Below are positions 11,691-25,548 of a stretch of 64,000 nucleotides of DNA, piece by piece (position 1 is the first letter of the stretch; every line of letters begins with the position of its first letter). The stretch lies in NCBI GenBank assembly GCA_051362555.1, contig CM120641.1, positions 18,662,001 to 18,726,000 on the forward strand. Direction: 5' to 3'. The DNA comes from Lingula anatina (Eukaryota > Animalia > Brachiopoda). The translations under genes were made by a program, and so were the position numbers. The notes under the pieces were generated by a model. The model saw only the letters and a program-made list of their open reading frames with translations, was not told the DNA's origin and did not search any database.

Positions 11691-11715
11691 GGGGGGGGGG
11701 GGGGGGGGGGGGGGG
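11691..11715. repeat. Poly-G tract (G25)
   Basis: Seen directly. Confidence 0.9.
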
Positions 11716-14007
11716 TATTGCGCGCCCATGGTAAGTCGAAACTTGACTGAGTGAACTGCAGTTCACCCCGACGGATCAAAATAGGCGACTTCCAAAGAAA
11801 CCCAGCGAGCACATACCTTTATGTATGTCATTAAATTTCATCTTTATTCTTACTTATGAAGAACAGAAAGTCAACATTGGACTGATTGGAGGCATAGGGG
11901 CATGCCAGTATAATATAGACCTACTATAGGCCTATTCATTTTATTTTTACATCTTAAACTGAAGAATTTGATTTTATCATTAGGGCTTTTAATCACTTTT
12001 AAGAGTTCCGTCAGTATTCAAATTTTGATATAGATATTGTACATGTTTTAACTAAATACTACTACTTATAATAACTATTATTATTGTTTGTACAAGATTC
12101 TTTTTCAGTCCGTATGTCAGTCTGTGTCAGTCGAGCTGATCGAGGTGCAGGATACATGAGAGCGAGAGAGAGCTGTCGGCTGAGTTGAGCTTAACTTAAT
12201 TTCTATACAAACTCCTTAGGTCGGTTTATTTTAGCTCTATATATAATGAATTCAAGCTGGTCAATTCAGTTGAACCTATGATTTTCACATGGGTTGTAAA
12301 ACCAGTTGAACTCGGCTACCTTTTCCGTCGTTCAATTTCGGTGGTCACTTCACTGACTTCAAACTATTGGATTATTTCCATTTTCTTTAACCCGTTTAAC
12401 TCTTGATCTAAGAAAAAAAAAGCATATGCATAGACTGTGACATATGTGAATGAAAAAACTTATAAAATCCAATAAAAGATCCCAGGGAAAATCAGTTTAT
12501 CCACATTTTTATTCGCGGTGCACACTTTTTTTTTTTTTATAAAATGCCACGTGAGCCTTTCATTTCGCAATGCTTGAAAATGCCCTCGCCGATATGCATT
12601 TTATCTCTTTATCTATGGCTATATCAACGTTGTAGGTAGATAGGCTTCATATGTGTGCTCTGCTGAGTGGTAAATATAGCCCAGGTAACATTTATATAGG
12701 ACTGTAAGCTGAAGGTAAGTGCACGATATATATTTAGCATTTTCTGTTCAGTGGTTTGTCGCGGGGGGGGACATTGAATTAAATAAAGACAACAATGTAT
12801 ATATTCATTAAGTACAATGTTATGATACTACTGAAAGCCAATCTGACAAGTAAAGATTGGATCTTTTTTTATTTTTCCTTGAACTGTTCAAGTACTTTGA
12901 TACTGTCTTAAAGTGTCAAGTGGACTGTAGCAATATTCCCGCCTGCCAACCCCTGAAAATTTTTGTGGCAGCTTTGGTGATTCTCACGACCCTCTGTCTC
13001 TAACCTGTTTGCGATATGCTGTGTGCAAACTGTTGCGTGCCTGGTGTATTTTTACCCCAAAAGAGATATCCCGTGACCTCTATAATCAAGTCTGTATTCG
13101 CCCTTGCGTGCAAAAATGAAAATTGTGTGCAAAACAAGATAGCAAAAATCTAGGGACTTGGCTAGCTAATGAATGAATATAGGTAGTGTAGCGATAAATT
13201 AATGTAACAAATTATTTTGATCAGACAACCTAGATGCAACTTACATTTGCTTAAATTTAAAGATAACAAATCGACCCATTATTTATACTACTCTTTAAAA
13301 AACTGCTTTTCTTTTCAAATCGTACACCGAAAAAATTATTGCGTAATTAAATATATGTAATAGACAAACATTACTTACTATACAAGTAGCTCTTGAACCT
13401 TTTTGGCGTTGTGTTCAGAAACTTCTCCTACTTACTTAGTATAATTAAGAATATATACATGTCGAGCATAATACTCTTGTGAACAATACGGGAAGAGAAC
13501 GGAAGAAAATGCGTGGAGGAAGTATTATTGTTGTTTACGATAAGGAAATTAGCTAACGTAAAGGAAAAGCACAATTAAGCCGATAGGAAAAAAAGAGATT
13601 TCTAAATATCAACTTATTATGCAGTCTTCATGAAATTATGTATAATACTGAACCGATCTTCCTTATTTTCAAATTTCTGAACGTGCCCGTACATATACCA
13701 GTTTATTAAAAATGAAGAATTATAGCACTGAATCAGCAGTTCATTGAAAGCGTTGCGACGAAAACATTGGGTTATATTATATCATATTATTTTTAACGTC
13801 GCACAAAAAAAAAAGATAAGAAAAATCAGTGTAATCTATTTCTTGTTGTTTACGATTAAAAATTAGCTAGGATAAAGTAATAACACAAATAAGTCGGAAA
13901 AATGTAAAAATTTCCCTTTGTTATTTTGTGTAAGCTATATGTATTTTTGTATATTCTAGAAAACTCGATACGAAATAAACACGATCAACCCGTGCCGTCC
14001 TCGTTTT

Positions 14008-14017
14008 CCTTATATGG
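14008..14017. promoter_or_regulatory. CArG box / serum-response-element candidate upstream of fos
   Basis: CCTTATATGG matches CC(A/T)6GG and lies about 3 kb upstream of the fos TATA box. Function is inferred. Confidence 0.4.
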
Positions 14018-14128
14018 CATAATGGGGAATACCCGCTTTAAGGGTCTGCCGCTAGATGGCGTGGGGGTGAAAGCAGTCCTTCTTAAATCTCGCAGAATCT
14101 CGCTCACGGCTTTACACCAGAGTTTAAC

Positions 14129-15258
14129 ATGGAGCGTGTGCACGCGTCGCTGACAGTGAACCAACTCAAACTCAATTTACTTGAATGTGGTGCCATAACA
14201 TCTGGATGAAAATGTGAATTGACTGAAAGGTATGTGTTTTCTTTTCATTTAGTGCTTGAAAAACAAGAATGCTAACTATTTTCCTTGAAAAAAATCGATT
14301 CATTATCGAGGTGTGTGTGTCAAATCTGACATGTTATGTACATGTAGACTACTGTAGGTACGAGTAGGCCTACGCTCATATTTTGTTTTAGTAGCACGAA
14401 AGACGAAGATTTTTTATACTTAGTAAATGTACTTATTTTTTTTCTTTATAAGGTTACCCAAAGAAGGCCCATATATTGGGGGTAAAGCCTGAAACTGTCG
14501 ATTTCAGGACCCCAGGACAGCCAACTTCAAGAGCAGGATAAAATGATTACTTCAGGAATCTTACCCGTCACTTCACATCAGCGGCAAAGATTGATGTAGC
14601 CACCAGTTATGCCTACCCTAAAGCTGACTTACAGGCGGCTGTGATGGACAACAACTATTGCCAAGTGCCATGAAAACAATAATGCATGGATAGAGGGAAT
14701 GATGTAAGTGAAAACAGAGGTCTAATATTAAGAATCAGGCCTAAATATGAGAAAGAATTATCAAACTAGGTGATGTGTGACATCATAGAAATATAAAATT
14801 GTATCTTAACTATTTAATGCTGTAACCATCTACCATGCTTTAATGGGATATGACTATTTCAGGTTGAGGAACAAACAGCGAAGGACACTGAGCATAGCAA
14901 GTTACAACAAGGAAAGAGCGCAATCTGACACAAGGAGAGACAATGGCGGATCACTGCTTCCAGATTTGGAGAGATAATGTCAGCTACAGAGAAGAAGTAT
15001 ATGAACAAACTGTATGAATAATTGTTGTGTCCAAAACCATTGCAGACACATGACAGTTGGACCCGGACCCGATTTCCCCTTTTTGGAATGTGTATCTCGT
15101 GCACGAATCTGGGCCTAAAGAAAACCCGCGAATACTATACTAAGTTAGAAGGCCAGATGTTCATTACAAATCGCCCATTCTGCTATTTTGCTGTGTTTAC
15201 ATTCAAAGATCTGTTTGTGGGGTTGATTCATTCTGACGCTGGATATTTTTCTACATGA
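14129..15258 (+). pseudogene. Decayed spliced SAP-domain + YqaJ/lambda-exonuclease-like gene, probably a relic of an ISL2EU- or Kolobok-type DNA transposon
   Basis: Exon 14129-14229 reads MERVHASLTVNQLKLNLLECGAITSG*KCELTER (SAP pattern; stop at 14207). GT-AG introns at 14230-14452 and 14704-14862. From 14863: ..QGKSAI*HKERQWRITASRFGEI (YqaJ W..R..RITASxFG motif; stop at 14926). About 15110-15258: LKKTREYYTKLEGQMFITNRPFCYFAVFT (degenerate YYxQxQGQM..T...C.F.V.T). The central PD-(D/E)xK part appears deleted. Confidence 0.75.
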
Positions 15259-15570
15259 CACAGGATAACTTTTTTTAATGAAAAACACTATAGGAAGTAT
15301 GTGTCAACCAGTTTATAGAAAGTACCCCTGTATGAGATGGTTTTAGCTGCAATCATAATTTTGAAGTGCAATTTTAAAAAATGTTTTCACTAAAATGAAA
15401 TAATTTGGTGGTGCTATATTCTTTACAAAAAGTACTTATGTGTTTATGCTGTTTTTAGTAATATTTAACTGTAATGAAAAAAAACCCATGATGCTATTTT
15501 GTAAAGTATTTTAGCGGGATGAAATAAATTGCTAGTTGTATTTACAGCAAATAATTTGGTTTTTCTGCTT

Positions 15571-16160
15571 TTTAAAGAATTTTCAAAGTGATGACATAAT
15601 GTGGTGGTTCTATTCAAGTAAAATAATTCATAAGTACTATTTTGTAAAAAGGAACAAAAAACTGTTAATTTGTAAAATGTTTGCTTTCTTTAATTTTTAT
15701 TTCTTAAACTGTTACAAAAAGTTTTCCATACCTACAGTAATCCATTGGCTGAGAAATTGCAGCTATATATTCAGGAAAGTTATAGCACAAATAAATTATC
15801 TAAGTATTATATGGTTTCATGGTTTTTACTATGGACTGAATAATTATTTTGTTTAAATAAAATATTAGGTTTTGCTCCTATTTAATGAATTTTCAGAGCG
15901 ATGAAATAATATGGTGTTTCTACTCAAGTAAAACAATTCAGAAGTGCTATTTTGTAAAAAAAGAACAAAAACTGTTCATTTATAAAATGTTTTCTTTCTT
16001 TAAATTTTATTTCTTAAACTGTTACAAAAAGATTTCCAAACATGCATTATTCCATTGGCTGAGAAATTGCATCTATACATGAACAAATAAATTATCTAAC
16101 TATACCTAGTTTTATGATTCTTACGAGGTACTGAATAATGATTTTAAATAAAAATAATTA
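15571..16160. repeat. Two-copy AT-rich tandem duplication, unit about 300 bp
   Basis: 15571-15880 and 15881-16160 are collinear (for example TTTTATTTCTTAAACTGTTACAAAAAG and TCCATTGGCTGAGAAATTGCA). This explains the two similar spurious ORFs at 15536 and 15885. Confidence 0.85.
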
Positions 16161-16839
16161 TTTAATGAACATTACCGGTCATGCTCAATACATCAATAAA
16201 AAAGGATATTACTTAATAACACAACCTTATGCGGGTAGTAGGCTACCGGGACTTATATATATTTACTGACAACTCTTCTAAAATTACGGACATAAGAAAA
16301 CGCACTCTGCTAAATCATACTTCCTAGGGGCACTTTCTTGCTATGGAGCTCTCTTTCCAAAACTTTATAAGTTTTGCCAAGATCAATTAACCTTTTTACG
16401 TGTATTCTTTTTGAGGCAACTCGTCTATCTTTAGGGGCCTAATTACTGTTCCTGGGTCAAGTTGTAACTGACCCTTTAACATGGAAGGTGTGTTGACATG
16501 GGCAACCCTTCACTTCAAACGAAGCCCTGAATCCTCAAGAAAATTATGCCCACCTTGCCGACTTTGACATTCAGGTACACAACAATACTGAGGCATGTTT
16601 ATTAAGGCCAGTACCACAGTCCAACGTATACAATATCCAACATGGCGACCTAGGAAGGACTGAATTCACACTAGCGACACCTGGCGCCAAGCGGGCTGGT
16701 ATTCCCCATTGATTCCACCTCAATACATAATAAGCTTATTTACATGTCAATTTGCTACCCTATTGGTCCAGGTCGGAAAGTGGGCTAGCTCGAGCGTCAT
16801 AACTTGTTTATGTGCCAAGGGCAACTGCATAACATGTAG

Positions 16840-17034
16840 TGTGACGCCAGCAGAGTTCAGTTTGATACCGAGGCTAGTGTACTTTGCACCCAGATTTTCA
16901 GCACAGCACCAACCAAGGATTTGAATATAGCTATGAGTAATGTTACTAAAAATAGCAACATGACCAATAGTGAGTGAGTAATATATAAACGAATAGAAGG
17001 ATTCCCTAGCAGAAACAGTAGAGCAAGTGAGTCA
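16840..17034 (+). promoter_or_regulatory. fos core promoter
   Basis: CRE half-site TGACG at 16842, TATATAAA at 16982-16989, perfect AP-1 site TGAGTCA at 17028-17034. Confidence 0.6.
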
Positions 17035-17191
17035 TAAGGATCACAAATTCACAATCAGAACGGGGATTCTCGCCAGTCGGAACTAATTTAAATATCAAGG
17101 GCACCCCAGTAGTGGAATTTGGAATACAGAACATTGGACATAGGAAACATTTACGGATATAACAAAGAATTAAGCGAGGTTTTTACAAGAA

Positions 17192-19712
17192 ATGTATAAT
17201 ATGCCTACTAGCTCAGACAGCGATTCAAAGTACACCGTAGCAGATATACTGTCTTCCATGGCTAAGGGGGAACCCGTTACTCCAACAGTAAGTATCAAAT
17301 ATTTTTACATTTAGATATTTTGTATTCAGTTAATTCCATATAGCACGACTGAGAGGTTCATCAAAATTTACGGCGACCAAGCTGTAGTAGCTCGATCATG
17401 GCGTGGCTGTGTATCGTACGCCAAAGCCTATCCTTACATATGCGTCCCAGATCGCGGTCAGTCGCATTCTCTGTGTAAATATTAAATTGATTACATCATT
17501 TTGCACCTGAAAGAACACTGGGCACCTTAATAATGGTCGTTAAAACAAGGGGTGGCGGTTGTGTGGGGGCATGGAAGGCGGTTCAACCGACCGGGATCTT
17601 TGACTGCCTTGCAAAGTGGTGCGATGACCTACTTAAACACCAGGCCCAGAAATACTTGTGGTTTTGGTGACTTTTATCGGGTAGTCCACTTCCTACTTTT
17701 GAAAACTACGGTTCACTTCTACCAATCTTTAGGAAAATATTTATTTCGTGATATATGTAAATCAAACAGCTTCTATCAAAGGATCAAATTCGAAATTTTA
17801 GTATTCATTATTTGATCAAGAATTTATGGATCGCCGTCCCGACCAATTTAGTAATTTACCATCCTGTTCATTGCAGTTTTCTGGAGTACACATCCCCTCG
17901 TTCAGCACTGTGATTTCTACCCCGACTTCCATATTGACTCCAACTACTATAGCCAGCCTGGAGCAGACATTTTTGGATTTATCTATGCCGGCAGTCAGCA
18001 CCGGAATGACACAGAGTGGATTTGTACCACCGGTTGTGGACCCAAGCTGTTCCAATTCTAGATACAGCTATGAACCTGATGAAGACAGTATGAGCTCAAC
18101 GAGCACAGACCCAGACTGGATGCCCACACACGGACCTAAAAGAAGCCGTAACAGTGAAGGAAAAACTGGAGTGAATTACTCTGAGCTTGCCAAGAAATAC
18201 CCAAGCACCAGAAGGCGGAATCTCAAGAACGAACAGGTGAGTTTTATGTCTGACCCTGAATATTTTCAATATTATATCAGCACAGTTCCAGGATTGATTA
18301 ATTAATTATTCCAGCGAATTTTTGATTAAATATTTGCTATAGCAAAGTACTTAATTAAGTTATCATATTACATAAGAAACGGTAATATATAAAATTGGCT
18401 TAGATCCAAATCCAATTTTAATGTTAGCTTATCAAGAAAATAAATATAATTACACTCAGGGAAAACACTAGCTAGTACTGACATCAATTCATCGAATATT
18501 TCTTCGTGGTCTGAGTTACAAGTCAGCTGTTTTGTTCTTCCGACCGGCTCATAAACTTCCGGTTCATGAATACCTGACGTATAGCATAGTAATGTTGGGA
18601 AGGTCAGAAAGAGGCGGTAAACAACCCAGTTAGAGTGAAGTCAGGACAAAGACTTAACTGTAGAGATTTTCCAGTCGGTCAACCCCTGAGTTGAATTTAC
18701 AGTTTGACTTCTCGTGACAGGTGTTATAAACATGTCTTATTTTCGTCATCAGGTACCTCCCGAGGAGGAAGAGAGGAGGCGATTGAGGAGAGAAAGAAAC
18801 AAAATTGCTGCTGCTAAATGCCGTCAAAGACGAGTGGACGTTACGAACACTTTGTTAACGGTAAGTTTATTTAAATACATATATTTACATTTTTAAAATT
18901 TAAATGGAAGAATCATCAGCATATTTGGTTTTTATCTTGGGGGTGTTAAAAATTATAAGCCATTTAAAAGAAAAACGATAAATGTCCCAAGATTCAAAAG
19001 AAAAAGCCCCCTCCATTTGATGTGTTATAAAAACTAACATTCTTGACATACCTTTATGAGATGGTTATCTTACCTGTGTAATGGCCACATAAATTAAGAT
19101 GCCATTTGTCAGTCTTGTAGGATATGGAACGAGACAAGTACTCATGAATAAATGTCACTTAGAACCACTAAGTAATTACCCTCAATGAAGCAAGTGCTTT
19201 GCATTTATCTTACTATTTCATGCAGGAATATAGAAATTATGATTTATTTTACATTTCTTCAGGAAACTGACGGTTTGGAGGATCAAAAAGCATCCCTTGA
19301 ACAAGAGATCCAAAGTCTACAGCAACAGAAGGAACAGCTTGAGTTCCTCCTCCAAGCACACAAACCCGTATGCAAGCACGACATTAAAGCGCCCAAACAG
19401 CAGGAGAGGAAGAGCATCATTGTGAAAGCAGAGCCAAGCAGCACAGTGTCTTCCTGTCAGGGGAGCAAAGGTGCTACCTCTCGCCCAAACTCCCTTCCTC
19501 TCGCCGAGTCTAGAACCGCAGTGACGGCAGCCACTGGGGTGTCGATATCAACCCCTTCCAATGGAATCTTCACATTCGGCTTTGACACCATGGTTGACGG
19601 CCATACAGGTCTGACTCCAGTCACGGGACCAAGCTGTGCAAGTCAAGTCCAGAGAGGATCCAGTGACAGCAGTCCCGACACGCTGAACTCGCCAACTTTA
19701 ATATCTTTGTGA
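17192..19712 (+). CDS. fos: Fos-family bZIP transcription factor, 4 coding exons, about 337 aa
   Basis: Exons 17192-17287, 17877-18236, 18753-18860, 19263-19712, all joined by phase-0 GT-AG introns. Basic region [24 protein letters not shown]; zipper [37 protein letters not shown]; RPNSLPL docking motif; C-terminus SPTLISL (vertebrate c-Fos ends SPTLLAL). Candidate AATAAA at 20662. Confidence 0.95.
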
Positions 19713-22700
19713 GGGACAACTCATGACTTGGTGACTTTTTGTGTATTCAAATACTATGCTGAATATTGACTTTTGATATGCCATAGTAAGACTCAATGTT
19801 GTATTTATAAATGTTTAAAAAGTGGATTTCATTTTTATATGCAAAGACAAGGACACCGGGATTATCGGATATGTGAACATTTTATATGGAATGGGTTCAC
19901 CGTAATGCGAATGCACAAAATTATCGGTGTTCATGCCTTCTTTTTTATACTTTTTTAAACATATATTCATGCTAGTGCTCTAGATGTTCACGTTCACTGA
20001 CTTACAAAAAACTATTTCACACGAACAAAGCTGGTCTTGAGATTTTTAACGCGATTCCTGCAAGCTGGTCTTGCGCTTGATAAGCACTTTACACAAAACC
20101 GTAAGAAGCACGTAAACTACTGCTGCGTTGCCACTATGATCGTTATCTACACAAGTTTAAAAAAAATTGAAAAAGGTTTTAGATGTCACCCGTTCAATGA
20201 CTGCTTTCCTTTATTTTGGTATTTTTGTTCTAGTCTGCATGTTCCTCAGACATGTAAAAAATGTAAATGGATGGTATTGTTTGAAGGTGCTGATGTGTTC
20301 CATCATGGTGTATCGACATTTGTAGTTGTTATTCCTCAGTCTTATGGGCATTAAAATTTTATTCATTCAAACACGGAATACGTTTTTGTGTTCTGCAACG
20401 AACATAGTGTCAAAAAATGTCACTGTGTTTTAAGACTTGATAGAGCGGAGAAAGAAGTCTATTTTCCCACAGTTTAAATCATATTATCAAACTCTTGAAA
20501 ATGATCACGTCCTTCGCCTCAACTCTATTAGTCTCATGACCAAAGGACAATTCTAGTGTAATTTTAATTGTGTATTGTATATGTGTAATATATAAGCATT
20601 ATTTATATATTTTTATACATTTTTATAGTTTATAAAATTATTTGACACGTGTTCATGAATCAATAAATGTTGAAAACTATTTGTCTTTGTCAGAAGTGAA
20701 TACAGTTGTAGAGAATTGGGCGTAGCCGCAGAGATAGGTAATGCGGTACAAATGACCTTTGAAGAGGTCTTATCATTAGACAATATGTCTCCTGAAAAAT
20801 ACATGTTCTACGTGTATTTGCCACCTTAGTGGAAAATACATGAGTTTACAATAAGACTATCAATTTTAGATCAAGTCGTATAACAAGCTGATATAGCATT
20901 TTATGAAAACAATAGACCCTTTGTCAAAACGAGAAAAAGGGGAAGGACAACGAATCAGTAGCCACTCAAAATTCTTAAATCGTAAGCCCCTTTTTTCTAG
21001 TGCGACTGAACTTTTTAGTTTAATTTACATAAATGGCTAAGAGGTAATGTTCTTTTAAATTAATCAGGGAGTCATAATTCAAAATAAACTTTAAAAATTC
21101 ATGGAAACGAAAATGAATGATATTTCACCTGAGACTTGAATAAGCAGATATCTTACTGTTTGTACCTTTGTGTGCATGACGCACCAGAGGGAACCAGTCC
21201 ATTGTTGTATTTGTACAACCAAACCAAAGCTCAACAATCACAATTGAATGTAAATAAGCACGGCAGTTTGTTTTAGAAAATCACTTCCGCCGGACTTATA
21301 TTAACTCCTGGAGCCTAGGGAAAAAGAACAGCCAGAATTTATCTGCTGTTGGAGCTCAAGCTATATGACGAATAGATTAAATGACATTGTCGCTTAGGTA
21401 TGATACCATAGTAGGCCTGCCCCTGTAAAACAACAATTAATTTTAACTTTGTAAAATTTTTATCTTGGTGATGTCAGAGACATTTGTATATTAACGTTTT
21501 TGAGACGAATTTTTCCGTTGTGTATTAGGCCAGATTTAACCTCGTTGATGATTATGTCATAACCACGTATCAAGTTTACCAGAAAGTTTTTGGCGAGCAT
21601 ATTCGATGTAAAGGGTGCTATTGATTTTCATCCCATCTAAAAATAATTTAATTTACATGTATATGTAAATGGTCAAAAATACATTTGTCTTTTACTCATA
21701 TCCATTAACGCGTTTTAATAATTTAACAATAATTCGCCACTGTGACCTTCCGTAGGCCTGCATGTTATATTCATTAAAACCATTATCTATTTATCTATCT
21801 TTTTTTAATGAAATTGGAATATTGGAATTGGAATAAACAAATAGAATATTTTCTCTCATAATAAAATGATATTTCCATTTTTTAATGTCGGGAGCATTTA
21901 CTCTCAAAATAATTAAAAGACTTGCAGAAGTCTACAGTGCCAGCACGAAATGCAATTTCGACTATTGACTCCCAGAAAGAGAAAGAGCGAGAGACTCAGA
22001 GAGAGTTCCATGACGGTTGGGAGATGAGCGCCAGGTGGGTGTACCTTACCGTTTTAACCTATCTGCTCAACAACCAATCGCTGTAGGTGTCACTAATAAC
22101 TTTCCTTCGTCAATTAGGAGTGTTTTTTAACCAATTCATGGCGGTTTTTGGACTTAATAACCTTTATTTAACTTCTGTACATCACGCGTAGATATTTGAG
22201 ATTTTCCGAGCTAAAATATAGTTCAATTTGAATGTATTGTGTGTGTGTGTGGGGGGGGGGGGTCACCTTTACATTCATCATCTTTATCTGTTAATGATAG
22301 CTCAACGTCAACCAGAGGCTTGTGTTATTGAAAAGCGTGACGTCCATTTTGTGAAATGTTATAAATCTTATGAATGTCAATTAGTTGCACCTAGCGTAGC
22401 TCTAGTTACGCAAAGGTCGTATTTTTTTTACATTCCATTCATTATTCATGTACATGTATAATGCCCAGTAGGCCCAGGATTTATATCATTATTTTGCAAG
22501 CGGCATTTGTTTTGAGTGTTTCTGGGCCTGGTATTAAATGGATGTTAATCACCTTAACATGTCTACAAATCTGATGCAAAATATGCTTTGTGCTGTCACT
22601 TCTGTACTTGGTGCTGTCAAAGTCAAATATTTATCACAGTTATATTCGCTCTCCAGTGCCTATGTATTCAGTTGTGTTAGGAGGCATGGAGGGTGCAGGC

Positions 22701-24473
22701 AGGCAGCACCGATACCGCACTTGGCACTGGCTTGGCAGCACAGTGTGTTGGCAGTAGTTCCCATTGTTCTTCGTTTGCGATGACAAGATAAAAATCACCA
22801 GTGCCCACAAATAGGCTGGCATATTAGGATATTGTTTGCTGTTCCGTTCCTTATTATGGCAAATGCTGATGAAAATTAAATAAATATAGATAAATAAATA
22901 AATAAAAACAAATTATTCCGTATTTCAGGCAAAATAAATCAATCACGAAACTTGTAAAACTATTCACTTCGCTTTATTTTACGAGAAATTCGCCTCCTCG
23001 GTTTTTCAAATTCATAGCCCTTATCATTTTGAATCTAATCCCTAAAACCATATCCTTTCATGCAGTACCGTTATTCACACCTGCTGTGAAGTGCACAGTA
23101 ACAATTTATGGCAGGTAACGCTAACACATTTGGCATCTGTGTTAGTGCTTTTCTCATTGTATCGTTGGCCTTTTTTCTTGAAGAAAAAATTGCTCTCCTC
23201 ACTGAGAAAGAGAAATTTAAAAAGCGCAAAACAGGTATGTTTTTAGTTTGTTGCAAGCAGACTTCAGTTAGAGATATGCTGTATCACAAGTCGCTGGCGT
23301 CTCTTCTTATGAGAAAGAAGTTAATAAAACCAAATAAAAAAAATGACCCGTTTCTGTCTGTAATTTAATCATCAGCCTGCCAGCTATGGATAAATTCGAG
23401 AGGCTATAGGGCCTATATAGAGACTATATTTTTTTCCAATTGCAGGCCTGTCCTCAAAAATTGAACTTAAAGATATAAACACATTTACTACATCATAACC
23501 TTATTTATTTAAATGACATGCGAACATTCTCTTCCAAAGATTAACCTAAAAAGAGTATTGTCAATACACACTGACTAAAGTGGCCCGACTAAAAGACGCT
23601 GTAGGCCTAAATTAATCTTTCTGTCGTCTCTGGCTGTGTAAGCATTCTGAGGATGGTAGGCTTTTACCCTTCACCAGGGCCACAGGTTGATTTATCACTA
23701 GATATTCACATATAATTTTCGGTTTATTCATGGCACATTTCGGCTGACATTTATCCACTGTGAACGTTGGATAAAAGTGCACATAATTAATCCTGGTAGA
23801 CGGTATAGCAGGCTCCACATCTTAGCCAGCCTGGGCTTGTTCCAGTTATTCTGTGTCAACAGAGGCTATCTTGATTGACTTGATTGCCTCCCCCCCCCCC
23901 CCCACTCCCCCCAGCGTAACCATACAAATACTGCATATAATCTTCTTGATAAATTTCTAAGTGTTCAACGGTGCAGATGAGGCAACAGCTTCATATCTGA
24001 CATCACTACCTGCATTACACATTCTCTCATTCAGGTTATCACTATCTCAAAATCTCTGAATTATACGAGTTAGTCCACCTCACTGAACAAACTGCTGACC
24101 TAATACGTGTACGGTGTTTGCTGACCTCATCATCATTGTCAATATAGACTTAGCTATGTTTTATAGTGTCAAACCGCAAAAGATTTCGCAATGCTGTTAT
24201 TGTTGATAATGAAGAGGATACCCCCTGCCGGAGTTACAGGTGTGCAGAAAGTTCTGTAACCAGAATTTAGTTTTCAAATATTTGAAATATGTAGGCCTAC
24301 AGTACGGATTCATTAAGAATAAAAGATGCTTGGGTTATTGTAATTAGTTGTCATTTCCATATATAATGCCGATGCAAGTAAAAAAGTTAGAGAATCTTTA
24401 TTTAGCCATGTACAACTATTTGGGTCACTGGGCAAACATGTAGCAGGTTGACATTATAAATGTATTCACTGTC

Positions 24474-24831
24474 TGAGTCACTACTTCGGTAGACAAGGTG
24501 TTTGCATGTTTGAAATATATATTTTTGGTGTTTTTATCCTATTAAATTAAACCTTATGTTTTAAAGTAAGCAGTTGAATATCATACAAATAATTTGCACA
24601 TTTTAAATTGCCATTTTTAATGTGCTTTTTAGGGCAATGAAGGGAAATCCGTCCAAGGTTCCACGTGGCCTTGGTGACGTGTGACCTACTTTTTGAAAAT
24701 GACGTCGCATGGTTATAAATAGCCTCACAACAAGAAATGTGCATACCGCAGCAATCCCCATTCAGTATTGCACCACCACCCTAAAAAGTGAGACGTGTAG
24801 CAAACTAAAGTGTCCGAAACCAGACAGACAG
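24474..24831 (+). promoter_or_regulatory. Promoter and non-coding first exon of the second bZIP gene
   Basis: TGAGTCA 24474-24480, CCACGTGG 24661-24668, TGACGTG 24675, TGACGTC 24700, TATAAAT 24714-24720, splice donor CAG|GTAAGT at 24831/24832. Acceptor at 25532, just before the ATG at 25549. Confidence 0.65.
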
Positions 24832-25548
24832 GTAAGTCGTCATCACCACGAGTGTGTTGCTAATATTTTCATGAAAAAAACGCTACTGTTAGCATTACAC
24901 GTTTAAGTATTCTATCTGTTTTAGGACGAGTTTTTTAAACTTTCAGTATGATGCACGTGTTGCACGATGTTTACAAACACCCACTATTTGGGCGTTTTGC
25001 CAACCGGCATGCTATCCGTTTACTACTGTTATTATTGCACTGCTGTTCTGTTGCTGTCATATAACAGAATTTGAAAATGCGGTTTTAGGTTGGCTCTAAC
25101 ACCTATTTTGGTATTAATTTCGTGTATATCCCTAATATATGCTTTAAAGTGTGTAGCACCTATACGAAAAAATGAAGTGCAGAATGGTGAAAGAGAGAGG
25201 TTGTCTATTAAGTTTCTGCAATACTGTGTAGTGACAGTAGCAATAATCATTAGTACGTAAAGTGACTCTGCTCACGGTGGTGGTAACGGTTATTTGTAAT
25301 GGAAATGCAGTCTCGAAGGTGTGTATTGATTATCCAGCGTGTCACACGAGAAAAGCAATCTTGATTGTTTAATGTGTGCTGATGGGTGTTGTGATACTTC
25401 TAACAAGATATGTTTGTCTTTTATTGCCTTGTTTTTCGTGTAATATAATTGCATTTTTACCTAAAGTGCGTATAATAATAATTATTATTATTATTTAACA
25501 AAATATTTATATTATTTGTTATTTGCATTCAGAACAATCTTCATAACA

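Noticed and set aside
14469-14479. CCATATATTGG as a second SRE
   Set aside because: Seven A/T bases between CC and GG, so not a canonical CArG, and it lies inside the transposon relic.
15536-16082. Two similar ORFs suggesting a small paralogous gene pair
   Set aside because: They are F/Y/K/I-rich translations of an AT-rich tandem duplication with non-ATG or inconsistent starts.
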